A DNA stretch of 63,612 nucleotides, counting the filler, from Octopus bimaculoides (Eukaryota), in assembly GCF_001194135.2 (NCBI RefSeq). It is 9 parts of 5 records of this genome, joined end to end, with 100 filler letters (N's around TTAATTAATTAA, not from the genome) between each part and the next. Parts side by side here need not be neighbours in the genome. Positions count along the whole stretch, not along the records: positions 12,266 to 26,941 come from NC_068981.1; positions 27,042 to 32,655 come from NC_068981.1; positions 32,756 to 36,441 come from NC_068986.1; positions 36,542 to 41,715 come from NW_026400628.1; 5 more parts are not named here. One strand, given 5' to 3'. The notes under the pieces are model-generated. The model was not told the DNA's origin. It saw only the letters and a program-made list of their open reading frames with translations, and searched no databases. Each line of letters starts with the position of its first letter. The stretch's first letter is position 1. Below, piece by piece: positions 25,477-39,569 of the stretch. The position numbers and the translations under genes are program-made.

Positions 25477-25980
25477 NNNNNNNNNNNNNNNNNNNNNNNN
25501 NNNNNNNNNNNNNNNNNNNNNNNNNNNNNNNNNNNNNNNNNNNNNNNNNNNNNNNNNNNNNNNNNNNNNNNNNNNNNNNNNNNNNNNNNNNNNNNNNNNN
25601 NNNNNNNNNNNNNNNNNNNNNNNNNNNNNNNNNNNNNNNNNNNNNNNNNNNNNNNNNNNNNNNNNNNNNNNNNNNNNNNNNNNNNNNNNNNNNNNNNNNN
25701 NNNNNNNNNNNNNNNNNNNNNNNNNNNNNNNNNNNNNNNNNNNNNNNNNNNNNNNNNNNNNNNNNNNNNNNNNNNNNNNNNNNNNNNNNNNNNNNNNNNN
25801 NNNNNNNNNNNNNNNNNNNNNNNNNNNNNNNNNNNNNNNNNNNNNNNNNNNNNNNNNNNNNNNNNNNNNNNNNNNNNNNNNNNNNNNNNNNNNNNNNNNN
25901 NNNNNNNNNNNNNNNNNNNNNNNNNNNNNNNNNNNNNNNNNNNNNNNNNNNNNNNNNNNNNNNNNNNNNNNNNNNNNTGT

Positions 25981-26047
<67 letters not shown>

Positions 26048-26352
26048 ACATTACGTTTTGATTCAAGTTCCATCAGGACTTAGACTCTCATTCATTTCAC
26101 GTGGTAATACGTTAATAAGTTTTAACAATAAAGTGTACCTTTAAACGCTCTCATCCGCCAAATGATCGCTGCTGCTTGAGACTTGAGTGTCGAAAGACAA
26201 AGTATTCCGATAATATGCTACAAATACAGACATGCACGAACGCACAAACATATATTTATACACATGCACACAGATATAGAAAGCAAGAGAGAGAGATTAA
26301 AAGATAGAAACAAATAAAAATACACACACGCACATACACACACTCATAAATA

Positions 26353-26404
<52 letters not shown>

Positions 26405-26414
26405 NNNNNNNNNN

Positions 26415-26474
<60 letters not shown>

Positions 26475-26797
26475 GGCCTGTGTTTGTATTTTTGTAATAA
26501 TTAAATTATGCATGATTATCTAATCACGTACATAGGAATGTTTAAAACGTGTATTACAGTAGATAATTATGACAATAATTAGTGTAAAATCTGCAGTAGT
26601 AATGTTCAGCAGTGAATCTGTTAATAGATAATTGTTTATTGTTGATAAATCTGTCATAGATACCGTTCATTAAACATGCATAGTATGACAATCGATTTAA
26701 ATTGAATCATTTATGCACATGCGTCTCTACCTATTTATGCAGATGCGCATATATTCGCATGCATACATAAATACATATGCATGTACATACATATATA

Positions 26798-26850
<53 letters not shown>

Positions 26851-27041
26851 ATATGTACATACATAGATAGATAAGTGTATGTATATATGTATGTATGTAC
26901 GTACGTACGTATGTATACATGTATGTATGTGTATATATATANNNNNNNNNNNNNNNNNNNNNNNNNNNNNNNNNNNNNNNNNNNNTTAATTAATTAANNN
27001 NNNNNNNNNNNNNNNNNNNNNNNNNNNNNNNNNNNNNNNNN

Positions 27042-27420
27042 TTGATGTATCAATACCAGCAGATGACAACGTTTCTCTAAAAGAAATGGAAAAACTTTCA
27101 AAATACAAAGACCTGGAAATAGAGATAACTCGAATGTGGAATCTAAAAACAGAAACAATTCCTATCATAGTAGGTGCCTTAGGTATAATAAAAAAAATAT
27201 TCAGACAAATACATAACAAAAATACCAGGACTTACAAATATATATAACATACAGAAAATTGCACTACTGGGTACTGCACACATTCTACGCAAAACACTTT
27301 CAATACAGTAAACATAAGAGCACCACAGCAAACCACAGCACATACCCAAGGCGCACAGAGCTGCGCTCTGTAGTGAAGTGAAAGCACGTTATAAAAATAA
27401 AACTACTGAATAATAATAAT
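27042..27420 (+). mobile_element. 3' end of R4/Dong-type LINE (restriction-like endonuclease, 3' UTR, (AAT)n tail)
   Basis: DVSIPADDNVSLKEMEKLSKYKDLEIEITRMW...IPIIVGALG, then after a +1 A slip near 27191-27197 QKIALLGTAHILRKTLSIQ*; 3' UTR almost identical to 46438-46560. Confidence 0.9.
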
Positions 27421-28912
27421 AAAAACACTTGACAATTAATTGGAATTTCCTGCTTTGTTGCGAAAGCAAAAACCTTATGGCGATTGTGCCTTTCAACGAA
27501 AAGGGTAGATAATTTCAAGAAATTAATATATTTTACAGAATCCTAACTTAGAATATTGGGTTCATTTCTCAAACAGCGTGGTACGTTGTGTTCTTGGACA
27601 AGACATCTCATTTCGTGCTGCAACAGTACGCTCAACTGAAAGTAAGCACATGGAGGTCTAACCAACAATGTATTGGCTCGAAGCAGGTAATTTTTATAGA
27701 TTTTCTTCAATGAACATGTTTCACTATTATCGAAGCCTATCAGCTTAATATAATATATTCAAGACTGCTTTAAACAACTAATTTAATCTATATAGAAAAC
27801 GTATTACGAAGATCTTCGGCCGTTATATATTTCTTAATTAAAAACCAAAATTAGGTACAGGAAATAAGTCAAGAGAGACAATCGAATTTTGGCAAGGTTT
27901 GATATACTGAGTGACGTAAGCAAAATTACTTGTTATTAAGATATTTAAAGATGACTTCATTAGTCAATGAAGTATAACTGCTCAGAAATGGAGCTGTCTG
28001 TGGCATTTTCCGCAGTATCTTTTATCGAAAAATGCAGCTAAAATACCAGGCAGACAGCTTGCAAGAGAGAGGAGGAGAAATAGCGAACTCTGAGCGCGTC
28101 TATGAAGCGGTGTTATAATCATTCTGGCCTAACATGTCTATAAACTAATAAGTCTGTGAAGGGGTGTTAAACTTGTTCTGGTCTAAAATGTTTGTTTATT
28201 AACAGTGAAAGGGTGTCAAAGTTCTTTTGATCTAGCATGTCTCTCAGTTTAAGGTCTGTGTGTGCGCTAGTGATCAAATGGTTTTTGATCCCAGCCATTG
28301 AGACCCTTTTGCTAGACTAGTGATACCAGGGGTTGTAGATTTTAAACAACTAAGCGTGAAAGATAATTAAATGAACCTATCTATTCATGGCTCTTTCTTA
28401 GTTAGAAAAGTAATAGATAAAAGCATGCAATCAGGAGCATTGCTTCATACACTAACTCAGTGTTTTTTGTAGCATTCATATTTAGTTTGAAACTGCAATG
28501 TAAGTTGCGAACTAAAGAAAATATATTCTGTATCAAGGGAAACATAATTGATTATCTTTATGTGGTGGTGGTGGTAACATGTTATTCTGTGATCACAGGA
28601 GAAGATAAACGTTGCACTGCAAGCCAACGGAAAACACTTGTCAGTTTTGCAGAGCTGTTACTGCCAGCATCTGCTATTATCCCAAATTTGGTATAGTAGT
28701 TTAGATTAGAATATACTATATTGAGACATTTAGAGTTTAAAAGCATATAAAACGCATTGGTCGTGAAATATTCAAAGCACTGACCTCTCAGCTAGACGTT
28801 CATTTGCTAATTGACAACTTCGATACCCGTTCATACATAGCCGACTATATACACGCGTACACGCTCATTTGTATGCGTACTGATAGACTATGTGTGTGTG
28901 TGTATACATATA

Positions 28913-28970
<58 letters not shown>

Positions 28971-29419
28971 GTATAGACACATATACACAGTCAGAATAAG
29001 TGCTATATAAATAAATAGCTAGACACCTACACATATATGAACAAGTACTCATTCCAAGTGAACAGAGTAAAATATTATTTATTCAACGTTGAGTCAGAGT
29101 ATATCACAACTGAAGTGCCGTAATCCATTCTTCAATTGACGGATAATAACCTCAAATGCTTATTAACGGCCATCGGCTACATATAACTCACATGCCTCTT
29201 CAGCGTAAAGTAGTTTTGGCATTTTGATTATATACTTAACTATTTGTTCATTAAAAAGAAAAAATGTTATTTGTATTTTATATCTAGCAAGTGGATTTAG
29301 TTTAAGGATGAATGTGCACCATCAATACTCTGCCTTTTTGATATAATTCCTCCGATATAGATGGAATGAATTGATTCAGTCGCCTAATAAAATGGAACCG
29401 TAAAACGTGAGAAGTTAAT

Positions 29420-29865
29420 ATGGTAAGAAACTTGCTTCCCAACCACATGGTTCCGAGTTCTGTCCCACTGCGTGACACCTTGGGCAAGTGTCTTCTACTA
29501 TAGTCTCAGGCCGGCCAAAGCCTCGTGAGTGGATTTGGTTGCTGGAAACTGAAAGTCCGTCGTATATATACATGCATGCATACATACATACATACATGCA
29601 TGCATGCATACATACATACATATATACATACATACATACATACATGTGTGTGTGTGTGTCTTTGTTTGTCCCCGATCATTGCTTGACAATCGGTGTTGGT
29701 GTGTTTATATTCCCGTAACTTAGCGGTTCGGCAAAGGTATCGCTTGACTAAGTACTAGGTTTAAAAATAAGTCCTGGGGTCGAATTCTTCACCAAAAACA
29801 CTTCAAGGTGGTGATCCAGCATGGCCGCAATCAATCACTGAAACAAGTAAAAGAATAAAAGAATA
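29420..29865 (+). mobile_element. Full-length family C/D SINE with an internal (TACA/TA/GT)n microsatellite
   Basis: Family C head, microsatellite at 29565-29660 and family D tail are contiguous. Confidence 0.85.
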
Positions 29866-31162
29866 TATGTGTGTGTGTGTATGTGTAAGTGTGCTTGGGT
29901 GTGTATGCGTGTGTGTGTGCCTTTGTTTTAGCTTTGACTTTTTACTACTTGATAACCGATGTTAGTCTAATTTACGCCCCCCCCTAACCCCTTAACTTAG
30001 TGCTTTTGCAAAAAGAGAAACGAAAGTATGGAGAATAAAATAAGTACTTGTGATGATTTGATTGATTAAATTATTCAAAGTGCAGCCCTAAAATAGCCGC
30101 GGTCTAATGACTAGAACACTCTAATGTCTAAAATAATATATGCACACGGAAACACACACACACACACTCACACACACACACACTCACACACACACACATA
30201 TACACACACGCTCTGTGGGCACACACACACACGCCGTGCGCGCACACACAGAGAGACACACACTCACACGCTGTACACACACACACGNNNNNNNNNNNNN
30301 NNNNNNNNNNNNNNNNNNNNNNNNNNNNNNNNNNNNNNNNNNNNNNNNNNNNNNNNNNNNNNNNNNNNNNNNNNNNNNNNNNNNNNNNNNNNNNNNNNNN
30401 NNNNNNNNNNNNNNNNNNNNNNNNNNNNNNNNNNNNNNNNNNNNNNNNNNNNNNNNNNNNNNNNNNNNNNNNNNNNNNNNNNNNNNNNNNNNNNNNNNNN
30501 NNNNNNNNNNNNNNNNNNNNNNNNNNNNNNNNNNNNNNNNNNNNACGACATTGCTGATGAGTGTTTTATTGGTTACCATCACGAAAACACTTTTTATTTT
30601 TCTTCTGTACCCTTCCCGCACCACTTAACTCATCCCTTCTCTTTTTTGTCCTCCTCCCATTTGCTTTTGCCCCGTTACTTTCTCCTTCTCCACCTTCCCC
30701 CTTTCTCTCTCCCTCTCCTCTCCTCCTTTATTCTCCTCTTCCTTCAACCTATTTCTTTGTCCTTCTGCCCCTTCCTTCCTCTCTCCCTCCCCCTACGTCC
30801 TTTCATATCTATCTTAATCTTCGTTTCAGCCGCTTCATTTTCTTTCATTTCTTGTTCTCTTCAGTTTCAGCCTCATATTCTCTCCATCTACAATCTCTGA
30901 CAATAAAATACTCAAATTCACAAACAGCCTTCAACCCCTCTCACCCACTCAGTCAGTCGCTCTCTGTTACTCACTCATTCACTCACTCATTCACTCACTC
31001 CTTCCCTGCCTCGAAGTATTATTTCTCAACACAGAAATGTTTGCAAATTATCCCGAGGCTGACTGACGAATAAAACCTTTCAGCGTTCAATGTCAACCTT
31101 AGCTATTGAAGGGGAACAAGAAACACATTAACGAGAAATACTTTGCCGTGATAATGAAATAT

Positions 31163-31210
<48 letters not shown>

Positions 31211-31418
31211 CGGAGATATATATATATATTCCGGAGATAAAATGAAAAAAATGCATATTTTTTTTCATGCAGAATAAATAAAAAAGAGAACAGGACAAAT
31301 ACCAGCCATTGACCTACATTTTTAGAGGCATTAAAATGGGATTGCCGATTATGATAATTAACATGCTCCACGGATTCTTTGTTTCGCCTTTGTAAATATA
31401 TCCAGATGTGTTTGCATT

Positions 31419-31552
31419 TGACGTTGTGTGATTGGCACTGACGTATGTGCATTTTCACCATGCCTAAGCTTAAGTCTCTGTTTAACGTTTTGCAATTCCC
31501 GGAAGTGAATAGATGCACGGAATAGCACGAAACGTACACAACGTCATGACGG
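31419..31552. promoter_or_regulatory. Candidate promoter/enhancer motif cluster
   Basis: TGACGT at 31419 and 31439, ACGTCA at 31541, ATTGG at 31431 and ETS-type CCGGAAGTG at 31499-31507, in CpG-retaining unique sequence. Confidence 0.35.
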
Positions 31553-32463
31553 CGGCGATTGAATGTCTGCTTGTTTAATGAGGGATGAAGATGAATGTAG
31601 TTTGTTTAGATTAAAAGCTGATCTGACCCCTTGGGTAATTCTATAAACAATATATTTGACTTTCACCGAGATCTAATAATCCGTTGACGAACAAATATCT
31701 CTCTGAGGGTGTTGCTCGACTTGCTAGAAAGAACAGCCAAATCTCATATCGTAAAAGAACAGCCGAATCTCATATCATGGTCACGCTTTATCTGGAGAAA
31801 GAAGGATGCTATGAGCGCGGCTAGCGTGTCTTTCATCAGAGTCTGATTACAATCCGATGATATCATCACTGGCTCCAGCATGGCCGCAGTCAAATAACTG
31901 AAACAAGCAAAAGAATAAATGAGTAACTGTAAATGAAAGATAACAAACAAACAAACAAACATGACGAACACAATTTCTAATGTAAAAATAATTATCTAAC
32001 ATTGGAAGAGGAACACACATATAAGAATGTGATAGGATAATGGCGACACACTCTGCAACGATCAAAGTCAAGGCAAACGTCCACAGGATTTGAAATCAAA
32101 ACATAGAAAGGTTGCAATGAAATATTACATCGTAGTTTTTCTCCAATATTCCACCAACTTCGTCAAACTCACTGCCCAGTTGCTTAAATAAATTTAACAA
32201 TTATTAGTTATTTTATTCGCTTCTAAAAACCCGATATTTTTTTTATTCAAAGCAAAGCATCCATTTCTTATTATCTCATTCTTGCCAAAATCATTAGACC
32301 GATACCATGCTGGAGCACTGCTTTGATGGGTTTAGCCGAAAAAAAATATTCTTTTAGAGTTTAGGTACCAGTTCCATTGGTTTTCTTTGCCGAACAGATA
32401 AGTTACATGGACATAAACAACCCAACATCAGATGTTCGGCGTTGTTGTAGACTAACACAACTA

Positions 32464-32501
<38 letters not shown>

Positions 32502-33149
32502 TATACACACACACTCAGACACACACGCGCAGACACAGACACACACGCGCGCACTCACATACACACTCACACATATATAATAAATATATATATATGTATA
32601 TATGAATATGTATATGTAATGTGTGTGTATGTGTGTGCGTATATATATATATATANNNNNNNNNNNNNNNNNNNNNNNNNNNNNNNNNNNNNNNNNNNNT
32701 TAATTAATTAANNNNNNNNNNNNNNNNNNNNNNNNNNNNNNNNNNNNNNNNNNNNATATATATGCATATATAAGACAGGTTTGTGTGCGTGTGATTTGTA
32801 TGTCGCCCAACCATTTGACAATCAGTTTTGGTTTGTTTACGTCTCCATAACTTAGTAGTTCCGCATAGAGACCGATAAAATAACCAGAGTTAAAACAGAA
32901 AATAAGTACTGGGATCGATTTTTTCCGATTAAACACTTCAACACGATACCCTTTCAGGTGTATGCGAGAGTGTGCGTGTGTATCTGCGCGCGCGTGTTTA
33001 CTTGTGTAAAAACACTTCTCAGTCTTGATGAAACAACGTCACCTCTGCTGAGGGAGACTTGTGACTTAATCAAAAAGTTTATTTGCATATTAAACGTGAG
33101 CGTCTGAATTTACAACTTATTCCAAAACACACGATCACTGCACTTAAAT

Positions 33150-33184
<35 letters not shown>

Positions 33185-33384
33185 ATGTTTTGAACTATAT
33201 AAAACAGGGGCCGTTTTCTTGCCGACTCAGCAAGAAATTTAGATAACAACATTGCAGTATCATGTTTTGAATGTTAAGAAGGTATTGCCCTTTTGTTAGC
33301 TGTGTCAGCTACAACAGTACAAGCAAAAGCCAACGTGTTGAAAAGTATTTCTTTATAATCCTGTCTCTATAACACTAAGTTAAA

Positions 33385-33705
33385 TACTGGCACTCTGTCG
33401 GTTATGATAGCAAGAGTTCCAGTCGATCCAATCAACGGAACAGCCTGCTTGTGATATAAACGCCCAAGCGGCTGAGCACTCCACAGACACGCGTACTCTT
33501 TGCTTAATTTTCAAGGAGATCCAGTGTGACACAGAGTGTGACAAAGCTGGCCCTTTGAACTACAGGTACTATTCATTCTTGCCAGCTGAGTGAACTGGTG
33601 CAACGTGAAATAATGTCTTGCTGAAGAACACAATGCTCTGTCAGGAATCGAGCGCACGACCTTACAACTGTGAGCCAAATACCCTAACCACTTAAGCCAC
33701 ACGCT
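33385..33705 (-). mobile_element. CORE-type SINE sharing the family-B tail
   Basis: Minus-strand tRNA-like head, CORE-like TTGCACCAGTTCACTCAGCTGGCAAGAATG, and family-B tail. Confidence 0.8.
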
Positions 33706-33769
33706 AAGCTAAGTAAATGATGGGTTTTCCGTTTTTGATATCAGAAATATTCTAGCTTATAGAATTAGT

Positions 33770-34131
33770 AGAGAAAATGTTACATGCACTCGAAACTGCA
33801 GCTGCACAAATAGAACTATATGTCAATGCTGGTAAGGTTGAATAAATAGGTTATAACGTGATAGGTTATACAGGTGCTCTGAAAGGCACTGAAATCGTTA
33901 ATAACTTTACCTACCTGGAGGGTAACATTGCTTTTACAGAAAAAAATGTCCGGGTTAGGATTGCAAAACCATAGAATACCTTGATCAGACTCGGAATTAT
34001 GAGTAAGTCTTCTTTTCCGGAAATGAAGAAGGATTTCTGCAAGCAGTCGTTGAATCAATGATTCTCTATAGCTCTTCAGCATGGACACTGGACAAGAGAC
34101 TTGAAAAGAAAGTTGATGATACATACACGAG
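33770..34131 (+). mobile_element. Degenerate RTE/RTEX-like RT C-terminal fragment
   Basis: Frameshifted LHALETAAAQIELYVNAGK / NNFTYLEGNIA / ILYSSSAWTLDKRLEKKVDDTYTR motifs. Confidence 0.65.
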
Positions 34132-34200
34132 AAAGAACATGTTGCCTCTACTACAGCATATAAGTTACTTATATGCTGTAGTAGAGGCAATATGTTCTTT
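34132..34200. repeat. Near-perfect 69-bp palindrome
   Basis: 34-bp arms around a single T (34166), with one mismatch. Confidence 0.95.
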
Positions 34201-34490
34201 GTCTATATTCTTAACTTTTGGAGATTTTAGGTATAATTATATTAATGTGTCCATCTGTTCTAATTTGATCAAATTCTGTCTTCGTGCAGCCGAGGATTGC
34301 TCTGCATTTTAAATTGATGTAATGATTGCATTGTTCAATTAAATGAAGTTGGATGACGCGATCGTACTGCATTACCTCTGGATATCCTTGTTGCTTATTT
34401 TGATTTTAATCACCTTACTTTGAAATTGCATGGATAATACCGCACTAAATTCTGGTGCCTCAACTTAAGTACCATATTCATCTGAATCTA
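34201..34490. repeat. Unclassified interspersed repeat 'X'
   Basis: High similarity to 58994-59245 and to the reverse complement of 58782-58970. Confidence 0.85.
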
Positions 34491-34502
34491 TCTATCTATC
34501 TT

Positions 34503-34537
<35 letters not shown>

Positions 34538-34538
34538 C

Positions 34539-34580
<42 letters not shown>

Positions 34581-34881
34581 NNNNNNNNNNNNNNNNNNNN
34601 NNNNNNNNNNNNNNNNNNNNNNNNNNNNNNNNNNNNNNNNNNNNNNNNNNNNNNNNNNNNNNNNNNNNNNNNNNNNNNNNNNNNNNNNNNNNNNNNNNNN
34701 NNNNNNNNNNNNNNNNNNNNNNNNNNNNNNNNNNNNNNNNNNNNNNNNNNNNNNNNNNNNNNNNNNNNNNNNNNNNNNNNNNNNNNNNNNNNNNNNNNNN
34801 NNNNNNNNNNNNNNNNNNNNNNNNNNNNNNNNNNNNNNNNNNNNNNNNNNNNNNNNNNNNNNNNNNNNNNNNNNNNNNNNN

Positions 34882-34916
<35 letters not shown>

Positions 34917-35389
34917 TTGTAAACAAGTATTTAATCCTACTGTGACAATAGACACGCGGATAAATTTCAGTGTCTTTGGCAAATTGAAACAAGAATCAGT
35001 TCTTATTACTGTCTTTCAAGTTACTGAAGTTCAGAAGCATGGAATTTCTGAAGAAATTTAAACGTGCGACAAATATTGCAAAATTTAGATAATACTACAA
35101 GCTGAAGTTTGACCGCAGGGCATTAATGACTAATTCTAATACAATATGATTATGAATAAATATGTATGCAGAAGTTATATATGATATAACTGATAAACAT
35201 ATTTTACTTATAGATTTGTATATTTTTTTATCACTCATCCTTCGACATGGTTGAACAACCAATCCCAACCAGTCGGGATTCACAATATGGGTTGTACAAT
35301 TCATTCCTTCGATCAATGAATGCAAAACATGGCTCACGTGACCTCCGTTCGAGTGATGTTCACCATCCCACCCTTGTGCGTCAATCGTA

Positions 35390-35535
35390 ACAAAATTACC
35401 CATTACAGCTGAGTTGACTGGAGCAACGTGAAATGAAGTGTTTTGCTCAAGGACACAATGCACAGCTGATATGGGAATTAAAACCACTATCTCACAGTTG
35501 TAAGTGCAACATCTTAACCACTGAGCTACACGCAT
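35390..35535 (-). mobile_element. CORE-type SINE (head and CORE)
   Basis: Minus-strand TGTAGCTCAGTGGTTAAG head, CTTGAGCAAAACACTTCATTTCACGTTGCTCCAGTCAACTCAGCTGTAATGGG. Confidence 0.75.
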
Positions 35536-37069
35536 TCATACATTATTGGATGGCCGTTGACGTTTTCGTAAACAAATTTATTGATAACTACGTTGTACTG
35601 GTACTATTATGATTACATTATTATGATATTAGTATATGTATGCATTAGTGTATCTACAAGTGCGATAAAAATGCAAGTATTTGCACACGTCTACGTATGT
35701 ATTAAGATTTGCATGTATGTATATATGTGTGCATGTATAAATATGTATATATGTATGCATGTTTGAATATGTATATATGAATGCATGTATAAATAGACTT
35801 CCTTTGTGCCCTGTAGGTAGGAGTGTGTTGATGTATTGCTCATTGAAAGTTCTTTCTCTTTTCTGCATCACTTGTGATAACAGCAAGCTTTAGGCTTTTG
35901 CTGCAATATTATTCAATGTGCTGGAGGTTTTAGTGTCATTTCTCTGGAAATAAATCTAAATTTAATAAATAGATGCTGCATTGCTGTTATTGTAAGACGA
36001 AATAGAGGAAAGGAAAGACGAAGGCGATTTGCTAACAAAGGAGAACAGCAAAGAATGGATTCAGTGATAAAGAGATCGAGAGATATAATGAAAGTATAAG
36101 ACATAGATAAGACATGATAGAGAGGGAGAGGTAGAGAGATGGTGACAGAAAAAGAGGGAGAGAAAGAGAGAGACAGAAGAACGAGAAATTGAAGAGAGGA
36201 GGAAAATGATTATGATTTCTTACATAAGTAAGAAAATATACGATGTGATAGGATAGCATGTAGCCCATTTAATCGCCCCCCCTCTCGGCTACTCACATAC
36301 AAACACGCAAGCACGCACACACACACACAGACACACACACACAAACACGTCTAAAATATTGTAGGTCGGATTTCTCTTTCTGTGTTTCAGCACTACTAGA
36401 AACATATATCACGGTCACGTTATACAAATATATATATATATNNNNNNNNNNNNNNNNNNNNNNNNNNNNNNNNNNNNNNNNNNNNTTAATTAATTAANNN
36501 NNNNNNNNNNNNNNNNNNNNNNNNNNNNNNNNNNNNNNNNNTATATGTGTGTGTGTATATATATCTAATTGTTAACCAGGACATCAAACTTTGAGGCAAG
36601 GCAAACATCTCAAGTCGTATACAATATTATTATTACAGGAAGAAATTCAAAATTTTACAGCTGTTTCTGGCAAAACATCTTGAAATAAAACTGAACAATG
36701 ACAAACATACATGGATACACACACACACACACACACACAGAGAATCCAGTGGGAGTTGAGGTGTCCCCTATCTCCAACGATATTGTCTTTAATATTAAAG
36801 TGCAAAACAGTTCTGAAGTCCATTTGCCAATGGGAAAAGCCATCCTGGTGCTATGGACAAAATCCATCTTGAGGGATTTGGGCAATTATTTTGTTATGGC
36901 CTTAGATCATGGCAGCGTGACAGAAGAAGAAGAAATCACTTCTTTCCCTGAAGAATCAATTTGTCTTTAACGGTGGAAAATCAGATCCCATAAGGCAAAG
37001 AATATCATCAAAAGTTCATCTATATATAATTGTGAGTGTATGTGTGTGTGTGGATGTGTGTGTATGCTC

Positions 37070-37128
<59 letters not shown>

Positions 37129-38669
37129 GACAGACAGACAAAGAGAGAGAGAGAGAGAGAGAGAGATTGGTGAGATAGATAGATAAATATACATATCTTT
37201 GTGCATACATATATGTGTATGTGTGTGTATATATATATATATATATAAGTATGCGTGTATGTATACATATATGTATGTATGTGTATATGTATAAGTGTGT
37301 GAGGGCCTATATATATGTGTATGTGTATGTATATATATGAATGCATATATTCATATATGTTATATGTGTGTATATGTACATGTATATATTTATAAATAAA
37401 AGACTGTGAAGCAAAAACGAAAGCAAATGCAAGGAAAAAGGATTCAATACTAACAGTAGCGGTGGTGGTGGGGCATGGTGGAGTTGGCGGCACCATTTGC
37501 GGTCGTTAAGAAGTGTGTTAATAACTGACAGAAGTGTGTGGCTACTGCGTATCAGGTAAATAAAAACAGATAAAAATAGATGTNNNNNNNNNNNNNNNNN
37601 NNNNNNNNNNNNNNNNNNNNNNNNNNNNNNNNNNNNNNNNNNNNNNNNNNNNNNNNNNNNNNNNNNNNNNNNNNNNNNNNNNNNNNNNNNNNNNNNNNNN
37701 NNNNNNNNNNNNNNNNNNNNNNNNNNNNNNNNNNNNNNNNNNNNNNNNNNNNNNNNNNNNNNNNNNNNNNNNNNNNNNNNNNNNNNNNNNNNNNNNNNNN
37801 NNNNNNNNNNNNNNNNNNNNNNNNNNNNNNNNNNNNNNNNNNNNNNNNNNNNNNNNNNNNNNNNNNNNNNNNNNNNNNNNNNNNNNNNNNNNNNNNNNNN
37901 NNNNNNNNNNNNNNNNNNNNNNNNNNNNNNNNNNNNNNNNNNNNNNNNNNNNNNNNNNNNNNNNNNNNNNNNNNNNNNNNNNNNNNNNNNNNNNNNNNNN
38001 NNNNNNNNNNNNNNNNNNNNNNNNNNNNNNNNNNNNNNNNNNNNNNNNNNNNNNNNNNNNNNNNNNNNNNNNNNNNNNNNNNNNNNNNNNNNNNNNNNNN
38101 NNNNNNNNNNNNNNNNNNNNNNNNNNNNNNNNNNNNNNNNNNNNNNNNNACACATATATACATGTATACATATATACAAGCACATATGATTATGTATATA
38201 ATTGTGAGTGTGTGTATATATATAATATACATACATAAATACTTTTCAATAGTTATGTGTAATTATATATAAATTCACACAAACACACACATACATACAT
38301 ACCGATTAAGTACATAATTAATTTCATATATACGCAGGTATTTATGTACACACACTTACACACATGGATATACGTACATATGTGTGCATATATATGTATA
38401 CACACATGGTTTGAAGACTATATAATGTGAATCTGTAGACCGTAGAATCGATGTGTTGTTGTCGAAATGTTTTCATTAGAATGAGTATTGAACCCCAACA
38501 AATCAATTATGTAAAGAGGAAATAAGTAACGCTAGGGGGCAGCACCTATCTTGTGAGAAGGAAACACGATGAGGTGCGGGGTTGTGTTATTTTTATATCG
38601 TGTTCAATTACAATGTATATATATATGTGTGTGTGTGGTATGTGTAAGTGTGTATGTATTTATATATAT

Positions 38670-38708
<39 letters not shown>

Positions 38709-38943
38709 ATGTATATGTATGAAAACATATATGCGCATATATTTACTTACGTATGCATATAGACAATCATACATTTATATATAAGTAAATACATATGTAC
38801 ATGTATGTAAGTATATATACATACATACATATATATATATATATACACACACCCACTTGTTTGTATGTGTGGGTGTATAACCATTTATTGATATGTGCTT
38901 GTGTGTAATAACCATGTGAGTATATATTTATATATATATGCAT

Positions 38944-38976
<33 letters not shown>

Positions 38977-39406
38977 CATACACATTTATAAATATATATA
39001 TATATACACAGATATAGTTTTCAAGATGGCGGTTATCTGACTGATGGAGATATGGAGAGTCACAAGTCACAATCGGACTTGTGTGACATCAAACCTTAAT
39101 GTTTTTACCTACAAATAAGCAACACACGTGACATAGCATACCTGTAATCCATCCATTCTATCTATAAACAGTTCCTCATTAACCTCAATCTTCGAACATC
39201 TTTCCTTTATACCTCTAAATATAAACTATCGTGGAATATAAGGTGATAGGCGCACGTGTAGCTTAGTGGCAAGAAGTTTCGCTTCCTAATCACATAGTTC
39301 CAGGTTCAATCCGACTGTGTAAAACTTTGGGCCTCCTCTATTGAAGCCCCGGGATGACTAAAGCCTTATGAATAGATTTGATAGACAGAAACAGAATGAA
39401 ACATGT

Positions 39407-39460
<54 letters not shown>

Positions 39461-39495
39461 ATCATACAAAACCCCTTTTTTTGTATTTATTTTTA

Positions 39496-39569
<74 letters not shown>

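Noticed and set aside
30552-30590. CTGATGA-GTG...CAC-GAAA hammerhead-like core
   Set aside because: No NUH triplet with a stem I partner follows.
37440-37510. VAVVVGHGGVGGT resembling a GTPase P-loop
   Set aside because: It lacks GK[ST], derives from a GGT-rich tract, and is followed by a stop.
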